Assembly (NCBI GenBank): GCA_021817225.1
Contig: JAKAVR010000002.1
Coordinates: forward strand, 17,240 to 81,239
DNA from: Thermoplasmata archaeon
Lineage (GTDB): Archaea > Thermoplasmatota > Thermoplasmata > Sysuiplasmatales > Sysuiplasmataceae
DNA length: 64,000 nt
Reading direction: 5' to 3'
The notes under the pieces are model-generated. The model worked only from the letters and a program-made list of their open reading frames with translations. It did no database searches and had not been told where the DNA came from. This document shows positions 48,344 through 58,283 of this stretch, piece by piece. The position numbers and the translations under genes were made by a program. The stretch's first letter is position 1. Each line of letters starts with the position of its first letter.

Positions 48344-49228
48344 TTGTCCCATGAAAACTGTTTATCCAAGTTTGGCCTAGCTATCACCCTGATGAACATC
48401 GAATTCAGGAAGATGGACAGGGGCGACATTGGATATGCGATCGAGGTGACAAACTCTGAAAGCTGGTATCTCACAGAATACGATCTGGCGTTCTACCTTA
48501 ACCCTGAGAACGGGATAGGAGTAATGGCCATCCTGGACGGCAGCAGGGTGGGGCTGGCAACGGCCGCGATATACGGCGAGACGGCATGGATAGGCAATGT
48601 GGTCATAGAAGCGGAGAAGAGAAGTTCAGGAATAGGGAGACTGCTTGTGGAGCAACTGCTCTCGGAATTGAAGAACCGCGGCGTGGTCACAACCTTCCTC
48701 TATGCGTATGACAGGAGCAAGTCCCTGTATGTAAGGCTGGGTTTCACCTTCGACAGGGTTTTGTGGGAGGTCAAGGTTGAAAAACCATTGACTGGAACCA
48801 TGGCCCGGTTAGAAAGAGGACTCACTGCAGGCATTGATGAATTTGACAGGCTCTTTTTCAGACGGTCGAGGATGAGAGTCCTGAGGCATGTGGCAGGCAG
48901 GGAAGGGTGCATTGTGCTTTCGAGCACCGACAGCAGGAAGCAGCCGAATGGTTATCTTGTATGCAGCCCGACCGAATCTGAATATGGATCGGAAATTGCG
49001 CCCTTCATAGCCGAGAGGAACAATGCAGTGCAGCTGCTATCTGCCCTCGAGAATGCACCGGCCCCCTTCCATCTCTACATACCTGAAGAAAACATGACAA
49101 TTCTGAAGGAGCTCGGCTTGAGGCATGAACTTGTGAGGAGGATCCACAGAGGTTTTTTAGGAGACGGAAGACAGGCGCCGATTCTTGACGAACACATACT
49201 GTCCGCAGGATTTCTCGAGTCTGGATGA
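48344..49228 (+). CDS. GNAT-family N-acetyltransferase
   Basis: Acetyl-CoA binding motif RSSGIGRLLVEQLL and a GNAT beta core. The start may be the M at 48395. Confidence 0.6.
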   Translation: MSHENCLSKFGLAITLMNIEFRKMDRGDIGYAIEVTNSESWYLTEYDLAFYLNPENGIGVMAILDGSRVGLATAAIYGETAWIGNVVIEAEKRSSGIGRLLVEQLLSELKNRGVVTTFLYAYDRSKSLYVRLGFTFDRVLWEVKVEKPLTGTMARLERGLTAGIDEFDRLFFRRSRMRVLRHVAGREGCIVLSSTDSRKQPNGYLVCSPTESEYGSEIAPFIAERNNAVQLLSALENAPAPFHLYIPEENMTILKELGLRHELVRRIHRGFLGDGRQAPILDEHILSAGFLESG

Positions 49229-49424
49229 ATTCGCCACCAGAACCCGAAGCGCCTTTCTTCCCTCCACACGATTGCCGAAGGGTGCAGGATTATAAGCTCC
49301 AGATGCCTGACTATGCCCCTCGGCAGGCCGCATCCGGATGCTCAGGAGCCGCACATCGGGAGAGAACGGACGTCAGAAATATTAATATCATGAAGTTCTA
49401 GCCACTGAACGGAGTCAAGTTCCG

Positions 49425-50624
49425 TTGACTGTCAGAATATATAACACGCTCACAAAGAACAAGGATGAGATAAAGGGAAGGGGACTGGACCGGAAACACA
49501 TCAACATGTATGTCTGCGGCCCAACAGTCTATGACTCGCCCCACGTGGGCCATGCAAGGAGCTACATATTCTTCGACACACTGAGGAGGGTCCTGCTGCT
49601 CGATTCATACACTGTCAACTATATCCAGAATTTCTCCGATGTGGATGAAAAGATTGACATAAGGGCAGCAATGGAGCACATTGCCCCATCTGTAATATCC
49701 GAGAGGTACAAGGAAGAATTCCTGGAGGATATGGATGCGCTGAACGTGCTCAGATCCGATGTCTACACAAACGCCTCGCACATAAAGGATTTCATGCACA
49801 AGGTCACAAAGATACTGATGGAAAATGGAACATGCTACAGGGCCGGGGACAGTGTCTACTTTGATGCATCATCTGGCGGGGGATTCGGAAGCCTTATTCA
49901 TGACAAGCTGGACAACCTCATAGCGGGAAGCGAGTCGGACGGCTTCAGATTCGAGAAGAGGGACAAGCAGGATTTTGTGATATGGATAGGCGATTTCAAG
50001 CCAGATTCGTTCCGGGAGTCTGAAGGGCGCCCGTCATGGAACCTCGAGTGCTTCAGCATCGTTCACAAACAGGTCGGCTGTGAGCTTGACATTCAGGGGG
50101 GTGGAATGGACCTGATTTTCCCTCACCATGAGGTCGCCTCCGTCCTTTCAAAATCCTATTGCAATGTCGAATTTGCCAGTTATTACGTCCACAATGCGTT
50201 TGTTACTATGAAGAAGGACAAGATGTCTAAGTCAGCACGCAACTATGTTGGCACAAGGGAACTGCTGAAGAAGCACGGACCCGACGCGATAAGGCTCTAT
50301 CTTCTTTCAAGGCACTTCAGGGATAATATTGAATACGATGAGGCGACTGTCGGCCGCTGGGAGAAAATCGCCCGTGAACTGAAGGAGAAGATGGCGGACA
50401 TTGGAGCATTCGAAGCAGGCAGCTCTGTCCCCGTAGAGATGGCGGAGCGGCTCACTTCCACTTCGACGGAGATGATGAGAGTTCTCAGGGACGACATGCA
50501 TACAGAAATAGCGGTTGACATGTTCATCGAAGCGGTGAAGAGTTTTCCGTTTCGGGGGTCGACGCTTGATGATCTCAGGTACATGTCTGCAGCGCTGGGA
50601 CTTTTCTCATTCAGACCTGCTTGA
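49425..50624 (+). CDS. cysS: cysteinyl-tRNA synthetase
   Basis: HIGH-type motif PHVGHARSY, KMSKS motif, Zn-ligand region. Short (399 aa), so the C-terminal anticodon-binding domain is minimal. Confidence 0.85.
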   Translation: MTVRIYNTLTKNKDEIKGRGLDRKHINMYVCGPTVYDSPHVGHARSYIFFDTLRRVLLLDSYTVNYIQNFSDVDEKIDIRAAMEHIAPSVISERYKEEFLEDMDALNVLRSDVYTNASHIKDFMHKVTKILMENGTCYRAGDSVYFDASSGGGFGSLIHDKLDNLIAGSESDGFRFEKRDKQDFVIWIGDFKPDSFRESEGRPSWNLECFSIVHKQVGCELDIQGGGMDLIFPHHEVASVLSKSYCNVEFASYYVHNAFVTMKKDKMSKSARNYVGTRELLKKHGPDAIRLYLLSRHFRDNIEYDEATVGRWEKIARELKEKMADIGAFEAGSSVPVEMAERLTSTSTEMMRVLRDDMHTEIAVDMFIEAVKSFPFRGSTLDDLRYMSAALGLFSFRPA

Positions 50625-50632
50625 GATACCGG

Positions 50633-51157
50633 TCAGAACTGTTCATAGTCCGCCTCCACGACTCTCGCACTGCAGGTTCGTTCTATCATTGCGATCTCCT
50701 TTTGATTCAGCGCGACAGGATCCACTGAAATGAACACCTTCGAGTCTGAATTCACTGCAATGTCACAGACCTGGTTTAGCGTTTTCAGGACTGCATTGAA
50801 GTCATTTTCAAGCACAAGATACTCTATTCCCTCCAGAAAGATGACCGCCTTCTTCATGCCGTCAGCTGCTGATTTCACTATGGAGACGATACGTCCGAGA
50901 GATGCTGGAGACACTCTCCTTTCCCCTACCATGTTGGTAAGCCAGTAATAATCCACGAAGCCGAATGAAACGGGCAGATTCAGCTTGTCTGGAAACGCCC
51001 TCGTGATTGAAAGGAGAGATGCATCCTCGGACGAAAAGGCTTCCACCAGTTCCAGAGCGTCATCTACCCTCCTGCTTTTCACTATAGTGATGTCGCCAGG
51101 GGCTTCATCAACTGTGTGGATTCTTCCTTCGTGCCTTCCAAGTGCTATTGTAACCAT
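50633..51157 (-). CDS. hypothetical protein (possibly DUF835-like)
   Basis: 174 aa, soluble, no catalytic motif. The family guess is from memory. Confidence 0.3.
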   Translation of the reverse strand: MVTIALGRHEGRIHTVDEAPGDITIVKSRRVDDALELVEAFSSEDASLLSITRAFPDKLNLPVSFGFVDYYWLTNMVGERRVSPASLGRIVSIVKSAADGMKKAVIFLEGIEYLVLENDFNAVLKTLNQVCDIAVNSDSKVFISVDPVALNQKEIAMIERTCSARVVEADYEQF

Positions 51158-51292
51158 CCCTATGGCCTTCCGGTCAATCAGAACAGTATGTACTGTTAGA
51201 GTGTCCCGTACTCTTTAGCCGCAAATGAATATAAACCAGATGCAGCACCGTTATCCAGATTGATAACGACCCAAGGGCGGTTTTTCATCTGG

Positions 51293-52588
51293 TCATTCGG
51301 CAAGTTCCCTGCGGAAGGCTGAAAGGCCCGGGAATGGAATCTCGGGATGGTTTTCCTCGATTTCAAGCAGCCTGTTGTACTTGGCTACGCGCTCCCCCCT
51401 TGCGGGAGCTCCTGTTTTAATCTGGCCATTAGCCAGCCCGACGGCCATGTCGGCAATGAATGTGTCAGTAGTCTCGCCGGACCGGTGACTTACAACAGCG
51501 GCCATGCCCGCATCCATTGTCATCTTCGTGCTTTCAAGCGTTTCAGTTACCGTTCCAATCTGGTTAAGCTTTATCAGAACGGCATTGGAACTCTTCAGCT
51601 CTATCCCCTTTCTGATTCTTGCCGTATTTGTCACGTAGATGTCGTCGCCTATAATCTGCAGTTTCTTTCCAGCCAATCTCGTTAAGCTGGCGAAATCATC
51701 AAAGGACTCCTCGTCAAACGGATCCTCGATGGAAATCAGCTTGAAATCCTTGGCGATTGAGAGGTAAAAGTCGGTAAGTTCCCCGACAGATAGCCTCTTC
51801 CCGTCCAGAAAGTAGCTGCCGTCCCTGTAGAATTCCGAAGAAGCCGCATCTATAGCAAGGAAAATCTCCTTGCCTGCCAGATATCCAGCTCCCTCAATAG
51901 CATCCCTGATTGCGCCGAGTGCCTCGGTTGTAGTCTTGAACGGTGGCGCGAAACCCCCTTCATCCCCCACATTTGTCGAAGACGCGCCATGTTTGGCCTT
52001 CAATTCCGATTTCAGGCTCTGGTAAACCTCCGCAGCAGCAGTGAGTGCCTCCCTCAACGAATGGAAGCCTGCTGGCACAATCAGGAATTCCTGTACAGAC
52101 AGGTCACCGCCTGCATGTACGCCGCCGTTGATCACGTTCAGGAGCGGGACGGGGAGGAGTGGTTTGCTCCCGGTAATGCCTGAGAAGTAGCTGAACAGTT
52201 CTGTATGCTTCTGGGCGGCCGCAAGCCTGGTTGCTGCCATTGACACACCTAGAATTGCGTTCGCACCAAGTGATGCTTTGTTCGGGGTTCCATCAAGAGC
52301 TATCATCTTCCTGTCGATGTCTGTCTGCCTGAGCGGCGAAAAGCCCGATATCGCCCCTGCAATTGCACCATTCACGTTCTGGACTGCCTTAAGTACGCCT
52401 TTTCCTCCAAACCTCTTTCCACCGTCACGCAGCTCAAGCGCCTCGTGTTTGCCGGTGCTCGCTCCTGACGGGACCGCTGCGCTTACCGTGAACATTCCGT
52501 CTGACATGTTCACTGAGACGGTCGGATTTCCCCTGGAATCAAGTATCTCCATTCCCCTGACAGTAGCTATTACCTGACTTTCCTGCAT
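51293..52588 (-). CDS. eno: enolase
   Basis: SHRSGETTDTFIADMAVGL and the IKLNQIGT motif. Confidence 0.9.
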   Translation of the reverse strand: MQESQVIATVRGMEILDSRGNPTVSVNMSDGMFTVSAAVPSGASTGKHEALELRDGGKRFGGKGVLKAVQNVNGAIAGAISGFSPLRQTDIDRKMIALDGTPNKASLGANAILGVSMAATRLAAAQKHTELFSYFSGITGSKPLLPVPLLNVINGGVHAGGDLSVQEFLIVPAGFHSLREALTAAAEVYQSLKSELKAKHGASSTNVGDEGGFAPPFKTTTEALGAIRDAIEGAGYLAGKEIFLAIDAASSEFYRDGSYFLDGKRLSVGELTDFYLSIAKDFKLISIEDPFDEESFDDFASLTRLAGKKLQIIGDDIYVTNTARIRKGIELKSSNAVLIKLNQIGTVTETLESTKMTMDAGMAAVVSHRSGETTDTFIADMAVGLANGQIKTGAPARGERVAKYNRLLEIEENHPEIPFPGLSAFRRELAE

Positions 52589-52713
52589 CTATTCACCCTC
52601 GAAAGCTGAAACATCAGCCACGACGTATGCCGACCCTATCGCCGCACAGTCTATTAGCAATTGTGCAGGGATGTTCCTTCTGCCCAATCCCCGCCAGACA
52701 ATATGCGCTCAGC

Positions 52714-53043
52714 CTACTCGGCTTTCATCGCCTTCTTCCTTCTTTCCTTGGAACTGTAGCCGGTTACCCTCAGAAGGAATCGGTTATACTTCGCTATAGT
52801 TTCGGCAGCGTCAGAATCGCTGACTCCGCCCCTGCTGACCGTGATGACGCAAACTCTCTTCTTATCGCTCAGCCAGCATTCAAGCCTTTCAAGGGCACCG
52901 TAACTCACCACAAGGTGGCCGTCCTTTTCCGAAACCTGGCCGAATTCTTCCTGCAGCATCTGCCTGATGGATTCGCTCGAAAGGGAACCTTTGAGCTGAC
53001 GTTTTATATCATATTCCTGCAATTGAACCACTCCCCTTTGCAA
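52714..53043 (-). CDS. hypothetical small protein
   Basis: 109-aa ORF, basic C-terminus; overlaps the next gene's drawn 5' end. Confidence 0.3.
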   Translation of the reverse strand: MQRGVVQLQEYDIKRQLKGSLSSESIRQMLQEEFGQVSEKDGHLVVSYGALERLECWLSDKKRVCVITVSRGGVSDSDAAETIAKYNRFLLRVTGYSSKERRKKAMKAE

Positions 53044-54022
53044 TTTTCATCCTGTAGTCCGTAGGATATGAAGGCTGAGAGAGCTCTGAAATTGCAAGCT
53101 CAGACCGCCACACGGACTTGCACTCGCACTGGACCTTCTCAAGGCTTGATATATCCCTGTGGACCGAATAATCTGCGATGGCTTCCATCACCCTATCATC
53201 GCATTTGCCACAGTTGTGGGCGCCACGGACGGTGCCTGCGCCAGTCGGCTTGCTCAAGACCCTTCTGTCAAGGTGATGAGTCCTCCGGAGGACTTCGACA
53301 ACACTCCATAGCCAGGGAGGCCTGTAATTGCCTTTCCGCCACATAAGCTCGACAATCGTATCCTTCTGGATATTGGTCGGATTTATGGAGACAGTATCAG
53401 TGTATGAGGTGATTTCCTCGGTCGTCTTCACTGCGTCTTCGATCGAGTCCAGCTCCGAGACAAAGGGGGGCTTAAGCATCAGGTAGCTCTTCACCCTGAA
53501 TCCCATCTCTGCCGCTGTTTTCGTTGCCCTGAGATAATGCGCGTAATTTGAGGGCTTGTTTACCGAGTAGTTGAGAATCATGTCATTGGAACTCTCAAGA
53601 CCGACCGCAAGCATCAGTTTCTGCCTGAACTGGAGAACATCGCCCAGGTTCTTCTCGGTGATGTATTCATGCCTCGTCTCGACAACAATCTCATCAACCC
53701 TCGGATACAGGTCTGAAAGGATCCTTGTCCTGAGTGGATGCGAGATCTCGAATGTGTCCAGAAATGAGCCCGAGGTGTAAATCTTCACCACCCTGTGGTC
53801 CTTCAGGTTTTTGGTTGCTTTTTGATATTGGGACCAGATGCTCTCATCGGTGGCACGCGACGATGAGTCGTTTGTGTAACCGCACATGCTGCACCCAGAT
53901 CTCAGTGCCCATGAGCATCCCTTGGTTGCAAGTATGAAGACAAGGGCATCACAGTCCCTGCCGTCAATCGACTCTGCCTCTGTCCAGCAGGCTACGTAGT
54001 CATATGGGTCCAGATCCCTCAT
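53009..54022 (-). CDS. radical-SAM-like protein with a variant Cys motif (CX7CX2C)
   Basis: ILATKGCSWALRSGCSMCGY is a Cys triad with non-standard spacing. A GSF glycine-rich SAM motif (IYTSGSFLD) follows. The likely start is the M at 54022. Confidence 0.45.
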   Translation of the reverse strand: MRDLDPYDYVACWTEAESIDGRDCDALVFILATKGCSWALRSGCSMCGYTNDSSSRATDESIWSQYQKATKNLKDHRVVKIYTSGSFLDTFEISHPLRTRILSDLYPRVDEIVVETRHEYITEKNLGDVLQFRQKLMLAVGLESSNDMILNYSVNKPSNYAHYLRATKTAAEMGFRVKSYLMLKPPFVSELDSIEDAVKTTEEITSYTDTVSINPTNIQKDTIVELMWRKGNYRPPWLWSVVEVLRRTHHLDRRVLSKPTGAGTVRGAHNCGKCDDRVMEAIADYSVHRDISSLEKVQCECKSVWRSELAISELSQPSYPTDYRMKIAKGSGSIAGI

Positions 54023-54255
54023 CGCACGCTGCCTCTCATGCGAAGCTGCTGACCTTATGCTCTTGAGCACTGTCCTGGAAAGATGTATTGCTTCCGCAGC
54101 CTCAGAAACGGTCACGATTGTGGCCTAGACCCAGCCTGCTAATAAACCTAACCGGCGAATGAGGACGCCGGTAGCACCTGGGCCACATGTCACCAGGCTG
54201 TATGACTGCATCTTCTCCAATATTTATTATAAATGTAAAGACTCTTGGCGGATTT

Positions 54256-55305
54256 ATGGACGCCGAAGGCAGGGCCCTTGATGTGACCAAATATGCTCAG
54301 GAAGTGGTGACTTTGGATGAGCTTGTCCATCTCCTTGATACAGAAAAGAGGCCAAGGGCATATATCGGCTTCGAACCCTCCGGGTTCCTCCACATAGGCA
54401 GCCTTCTTGTCCCATCAAAGACCATCGGTGCAATGCTTGACAACGGATTCGAGGTGACAGTCTTTCTTGCAGACTGGCATGCATTCATAAACGACAAACT
54501 TGGCGGCAACATGGACAAGATAAAGGCGTGCGGGGAGTACATGGCGGATGCATTTTCATTCATTGCCGGCAACAGACAGGGCCTGAGATTTGCGTTTGCA
54601 TCTGAGATGATTTCGCACAGCGACTACTGGACTGACCTGATAAAAAATGCCAAGCATGCCACCCTTCAGCGCCTGAAGAGAGCCATGACCATAATGGGAA
54701 GGAGCGAAGATGAAGCTGAGCTCGATTCATCCAAACTCCTCTATCCGCTGATGCAGGTCACTGACATATTCAGGCTCGGTGTAGATGTAGCGTATGCAGG
54801 CATGGATCAGAGGAGGGCGCACATGCTTGCAAGAGAGGTTGCCGAATCGATGGGTAGGAAGAAACCAATCGCGCTGCACACTCCCTTGCTTTCGAGCCTC
54901 AAGAGCACGGGCAGGATGGACGCAACCGAGTCAAAAATGTCAAAGAGCGATCCGGCAAGCGCAATCTATGTTCATGATGACGAGGCGACCATTAGCTCAA
55001 AACTCAAGAACGCATTCTGTCCGAAGGAAATTGAGGGCAATCCGGTGCTCGACATATGCAGATACATTATATTTCCATACTCGGGCAAGCTGGGAATTGA
55101 GCGGAGCCCGAAATATGGTGGGCATATCAGTTTCGACAGCTACAACGCGCTTTCAGAAGCATACTCCATGGGCGAACTCCATCCATTGGATCTCAAGGCT
55201 GGTGCCGCTTCCGCCCTGTGGCATATCACCAAGCCACTCCATGAACACTATGTGAAGAAACCCGAACTCCTGTCCTGGATGAGCAACGCGACGATCACCA
55301 GATGA
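54256..55305 (+). CDS. tyrS: tyrosyl-tRNA synthetase (archaeal type)
   Basis: YIGFEPSGFLHIG, YPLMQVTDIFRLGVDVAYAGMDQRRAHMLAREV and the KMSKS motif. The blocks line up with my recollection of the M. jannaschii TyrRS sequence. Confidence 0.85.
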   Translation: MDAEGRALDVTKYAQEVVTLDELVHLLDTEKRPRAYIGFEPSGFLHIGSLLVPSKTIGAMLDNGFEVTVFLADWHAFINDKLGGNMDKIKACGEYMADAFSFIAGNRQGLRFAFASEMISHSDYWTDLIKNAKHATLQRLKRAMTIMGRSEDEAELDSSKLLYPLMQVTDIFRLGVDVAYAGMDQRRAHMLAREVAESMGRKKPIALHTPLLSSLKSTGRMDATESKMSKSDPASAIYVHDDEATISSKLKNAFCPKEIEGNPVLDICRYIIFPYSGKLGIERSPKYGGHISFDSYNALSEAYSMGELHPLDLKAGAASALWHITKPLHEHYVKKPELLSWMSNATITR

Positions 55306-55434
55306 GATGGCCAAATGAACAATCCTGAGTCAAGGGCCCAGAACTGGGTTATGTCGCTGCATCGCATGACTGTCTTCCAGGTCGCATTCACATAGATATT
55401 TAAACCCTGAAAGTTTCGGCTGACCCGTCGTCAG

Positions 55435-56586
55435 GTGAGGCGAAACATGGCGGTAACTGTTGCAGTTCCAAGGGAGACTGCTCCCGGGGAAAAGAGAGTG
55501 GCGCTCGTCCCTGAAGTGGTTTCCAAGCTTACGAAGTCTGGTGTACGTGTTCTCATTGAGTCGGGCGCGGGGGACGCTGCCTTCTACCCGGACAGCGCCT
55601 ATACGGCCTCCGGCGCAGAAACAACGAAAGACCGCAGGGCACTCTATGCGGATGCGGACGTGCTCCTGGCTGTGCAGCCTCCGGTCCCTGAAGATGTCAG
55701 CCTGATGAAACCAGGGGCAATACTTGTTGGATTCATGAATCCCGGAAGGAGCGTCGAAGGCGCAAGGGCGATGAAAGAAAAGAAGGTTTCAGCCTTCGCG
55801 CTTGAGCTTGTGCCACGAATAACAAGGGCACAGAGCATGGATGCGCTTTCCTCACAGTCCACCATCGGTGGATACAAGGCGGTCCTGCTTGCTGCCAATC
55901 TTTCGCCGAAGCTGTTTCCAATGCTCACCACGGCTGCAGGCACAATAAGACCGGCCAAAGTTCTCATTCTTGGGGCAGGCGTGGCAGGTCTCATGGCCAT
56001 TGCAACCGCGAGGAGGCTTGGGGCGATGGTCGAGGCCTACGATGTCAGGCGAGCCGCTGGGGAGCAGGTCAGGAGCCTCGGTGCAAAGTTCCTGGAACTG
56101 CAGATAGATGCGGAGAGCGCTGGAGGGTATGCCAGGGAACTCACACCCGAGGAGAAGGTCAAGGAGCAGGCTATGGTGAATGAAGCGGTGTCTCAGGCCG
56201 ATGCTGTGATTACAACCGCGAACATACCTGGCAGAAAAGCACCGAGGCTTATCACCAAGGAAATGGTTTCTAAAATGAAGCCTGGTTCGGTCATAATCGA
56301 TCTCGCTGCCGAGACAGGAGGCAACTGCGAGCTCACCAAAGCGGGAGATACTGTGGTCGAAAACGAGGTATCAATTGTCGGGCCGGTAAATCTCCCCGGA
56401 CAGGTGCCGTTCCACGCGAGCCAGATGTATTCGAAGAATCTTCAATCTTTCCTTGGACTGCTCATCGATCAGCAGGGCAAAATGATTAACAATTTTGACG
56501 ACGAGATTCTGAAGGGAAGCGTGCTCGTGATGAATGGTGAGATTAAACATGCACAGACGAAGGAACTAGTGGAGGGAAAGCAATGA
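55435..56586 (+). CDS. pntAA: NAD(P) transhydrogenase subunit alpha part 1
   Basis: AlaDH/PNT N-terminal and NAD-binding domains (VLILGAGVAGLMAI). Confidence 0.8.
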   Translation: MRRNMAVTVAVPRETAPGEKRVALVPEVVSKLTKSGVRVLIESGAGDAAFYPDSAYTASGAETTKDRRALYADADVLLAVQPPVPEDVSLMKPGAILVGFMNPGRSVEGARAMKEKKVSAFALELVPRITRAQSMDALSSQSTIGGYKAVLLAANLSPKLFPMLTTAAGTIRPAKVLILGAGVAGLMAIATARRLGAMVEAYDVRRAAGEQVRSLGAKFLELQIDAESAGGYARELTPEEKVKEQAMVNEAVSQADAVITTANIPGRKAPRLITKEMVSKMKPGSVIIDLAAETGGNCELTKAGDTVVENEVSIVGPVNLPGQVPFHASQMYSKNLQSFLGLLIDQQGKMINNFDDEILKGSVLVMNGEIKHAQTKELVEGKQ

Positions 56587-56882
56587 TCTCGATTCTCTAC
56601 ATTTACATCTACATAGCGCTGCTCGCCGCCTTCACCGGCTATGAGGTAATCACCAGGATCCCGGTTATACTGCACACGCCTCTGATGTCCGGGTCGAATT
56701 TCATTCATGGAGTTGTTCTTGTGGGCGGAATGATAGAGCTTGGGCTGGCACAGACGCCCCTTGAGGAAGCCATCGGTTTTATCGCGGTCGTAATGGGAGC
56801 GCTGAATGTGACAGGCGGGTATGCGGTCACAGAACGCATTTTGCAGATGTTTGAAAAGCAGAAAACGAAGAAGGGGAATTGA
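56583..56882 (+). CDS. pntAB: NAD(P) transhydrogenase subunit alpha part 2 (membrane)
   Basis: 99 aa, 3-4 TM helices, overlapping pntAA by 4 nt. Confidence 0.75.
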   Translation: MISILYIYIYIALLAAFTGYEVITRIPVILHTPLMSGSNFIHGVVLVGGMIELGLAQTPLEEAIGFIAVVMGALNVTGGYAVTERILQMFEKQKTKKGN

Positions 56883-58277
56883 ATGGCCTTCGACATCTAC
56901 GATCCGGTCTACATTATCACGGTCATATTCTTCATAATGGGATTGCACCGGATGACCCACCCGAGGACTGCAAGAAGTGGAATTGTATGGGCGGGGGGAG
57001 CAATGGCGCTTGCAGTTGTTGTTACATTTCTCTATCCCGGAATGCACAATATCGCTCTGATCGTCATAGGCATAGCCATCGGCGGTTCCATCGGCTGGAT
57101 AGCGGCAAAGCGTGTTGCCATGACGGACATGCCGCAGATGGTTGCAATCTACAACGGAATGGGAGGAGGGGCAGCGGGTGCGATTGCAGCTGTTGAGCTC
57201 CTCAAGAGTGCGGCCTCGCTTGCGTCTCCTTCCCCGAGCCTGAGCCTGCTTTCCACTTCTGCCCTGGCAATTACCGGTGCCGCAATCGGGTCCGTCTCCA
57301 TTTCAGGCAGCGTGATTGCGTTCCTGAAGCTGCAGGGATGGATGAGACAGAGGCCAATCAAGTTCACGGGACAGCAGCCGGTTAACATACTTGTTCTTCT
57401 GCTTGCCATTGCCTTCGGTGTCCTTGTTCTCTACCCGCACGCTCTCGGGTTCAACACGCTTCTTCCATTCTTCCTGCTGGCCATAGGGTACGGCATACTG
57501 ATGACACTTCCAATAGGAGGCGCCGACATGCCCGTGGTAATCTCCCTGTACAATGCACTGACAGGACTCGCTGTGGCGATGGATGGGTTTGCACTCGAGA
57601 ATTTTGCAATGGTCGTGGCGGGAACACTCGTCGGTGCGGCTGGTTCCCTGCTCACTCTACTCATGGCAAGGGCAATGAACCGCTCCATAGGCAACGTCCT
57701 TTTCAGCGCATTCGGCGCCAAGGAGGAGGAAGCAGCGGGCATCGTGGGTACCATGAAACCGATCCAGCCCCAGGATGCGGCCGTGATGCTTGCATATGCT
57801 AACAGCGTCATCATTGCGCCTGGCTATGGAATGGCTGTAGCCCAGGCCCAGCAGAAGGTGAAAGAACTGACGGACCTGCTTGAGTCCAAGGGTGTCACCG
57901 TGAAGTTTGCAATACACCCTGTGGCTGGCAGGATGCCCGGCCACATGAATGTGCTTCTTGCAGAGGCTGGTGTTCCTTACGACCACCTGTTTGACAGAGA
58001 TGAAATCAACGCAGAGTTCCCGAGCACGGATGTCGTGCTTGTGATTGGAGCGAACGATGTCGTCAACCCTGCTGCAAGGCGGCAGGGGAGCGCACTTGCA
58101 GGAATGCCGATACTCGATGTGGACAAGGCAAAGAACGTCATTGTGCTCAAGAGGGGACAGGGGCGCGGTTTCTCGGGCATAGAAAATGAGCTTTTCTACG
58201 GTGAGAACACGAAAATGCTCTACGGAGATGCGCAGGAAACAGTAGCCAAGGTCATACAGGAACTGAAAAAGCTGTAA
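56883..58277 (+). CDS. pntB: NAD(P) transhydrogenase subunit beta
   Basis: 464 aa: an N-terminal polytopic domain plus a C-terminal NADP(H) domain (IAPGYGMAVAQAQ). Confidence 0.85.
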   Translation: MAFDIYDPVYIITVIFFIMGLHRMTHPRTARSGIVWAGGAMALAVVVTFLYPGMHNIALIVIGIAIGGSIGWIAAKRVAMTDMPQMVAIYNGMGGGAAGAIAAVELLKSAASLASPSPSLSLLSTSALAITGAAIGSVSISGSVIAFLKLQGWMRQRPIKFTGQQPVNILVLLLAIAFGVLVLYPHALGFNTLLPFFLLAIGYGILMTLPIGGADMPVVISLYNALTGLAVAMDGFALENFAMVVAGTLVGAAGSLLTLLMARAMNRSIGNVLFSAFGAKEEEAAGIVGTMKPIQPQDAAVMLAYANSVIIAPGYGMAVAQAQQKVKELTDLLESKGVTVKFAIHPVAGRMPGHMNVLLAEAGVPYDHLFDRDEINAEFPSTDVVLVIGANDVVNPAARRQGSALAGMPILDVDKAKNVIVLKRGQGRGFSGIENELFYGENTKMLYGDAQETVAKVIQELKKL

Positions 58278-58283
58278 TGCGGG

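Noticed and set aside
49385-49424. Small hairpin (aacggagtcaagttccgtt) just upstream of the cysS start, as a possible riboregulator
   Set aside because: Only a 6-bp stem, with no recognisable riboswitch or T-box-like architecture. Probably incidental.
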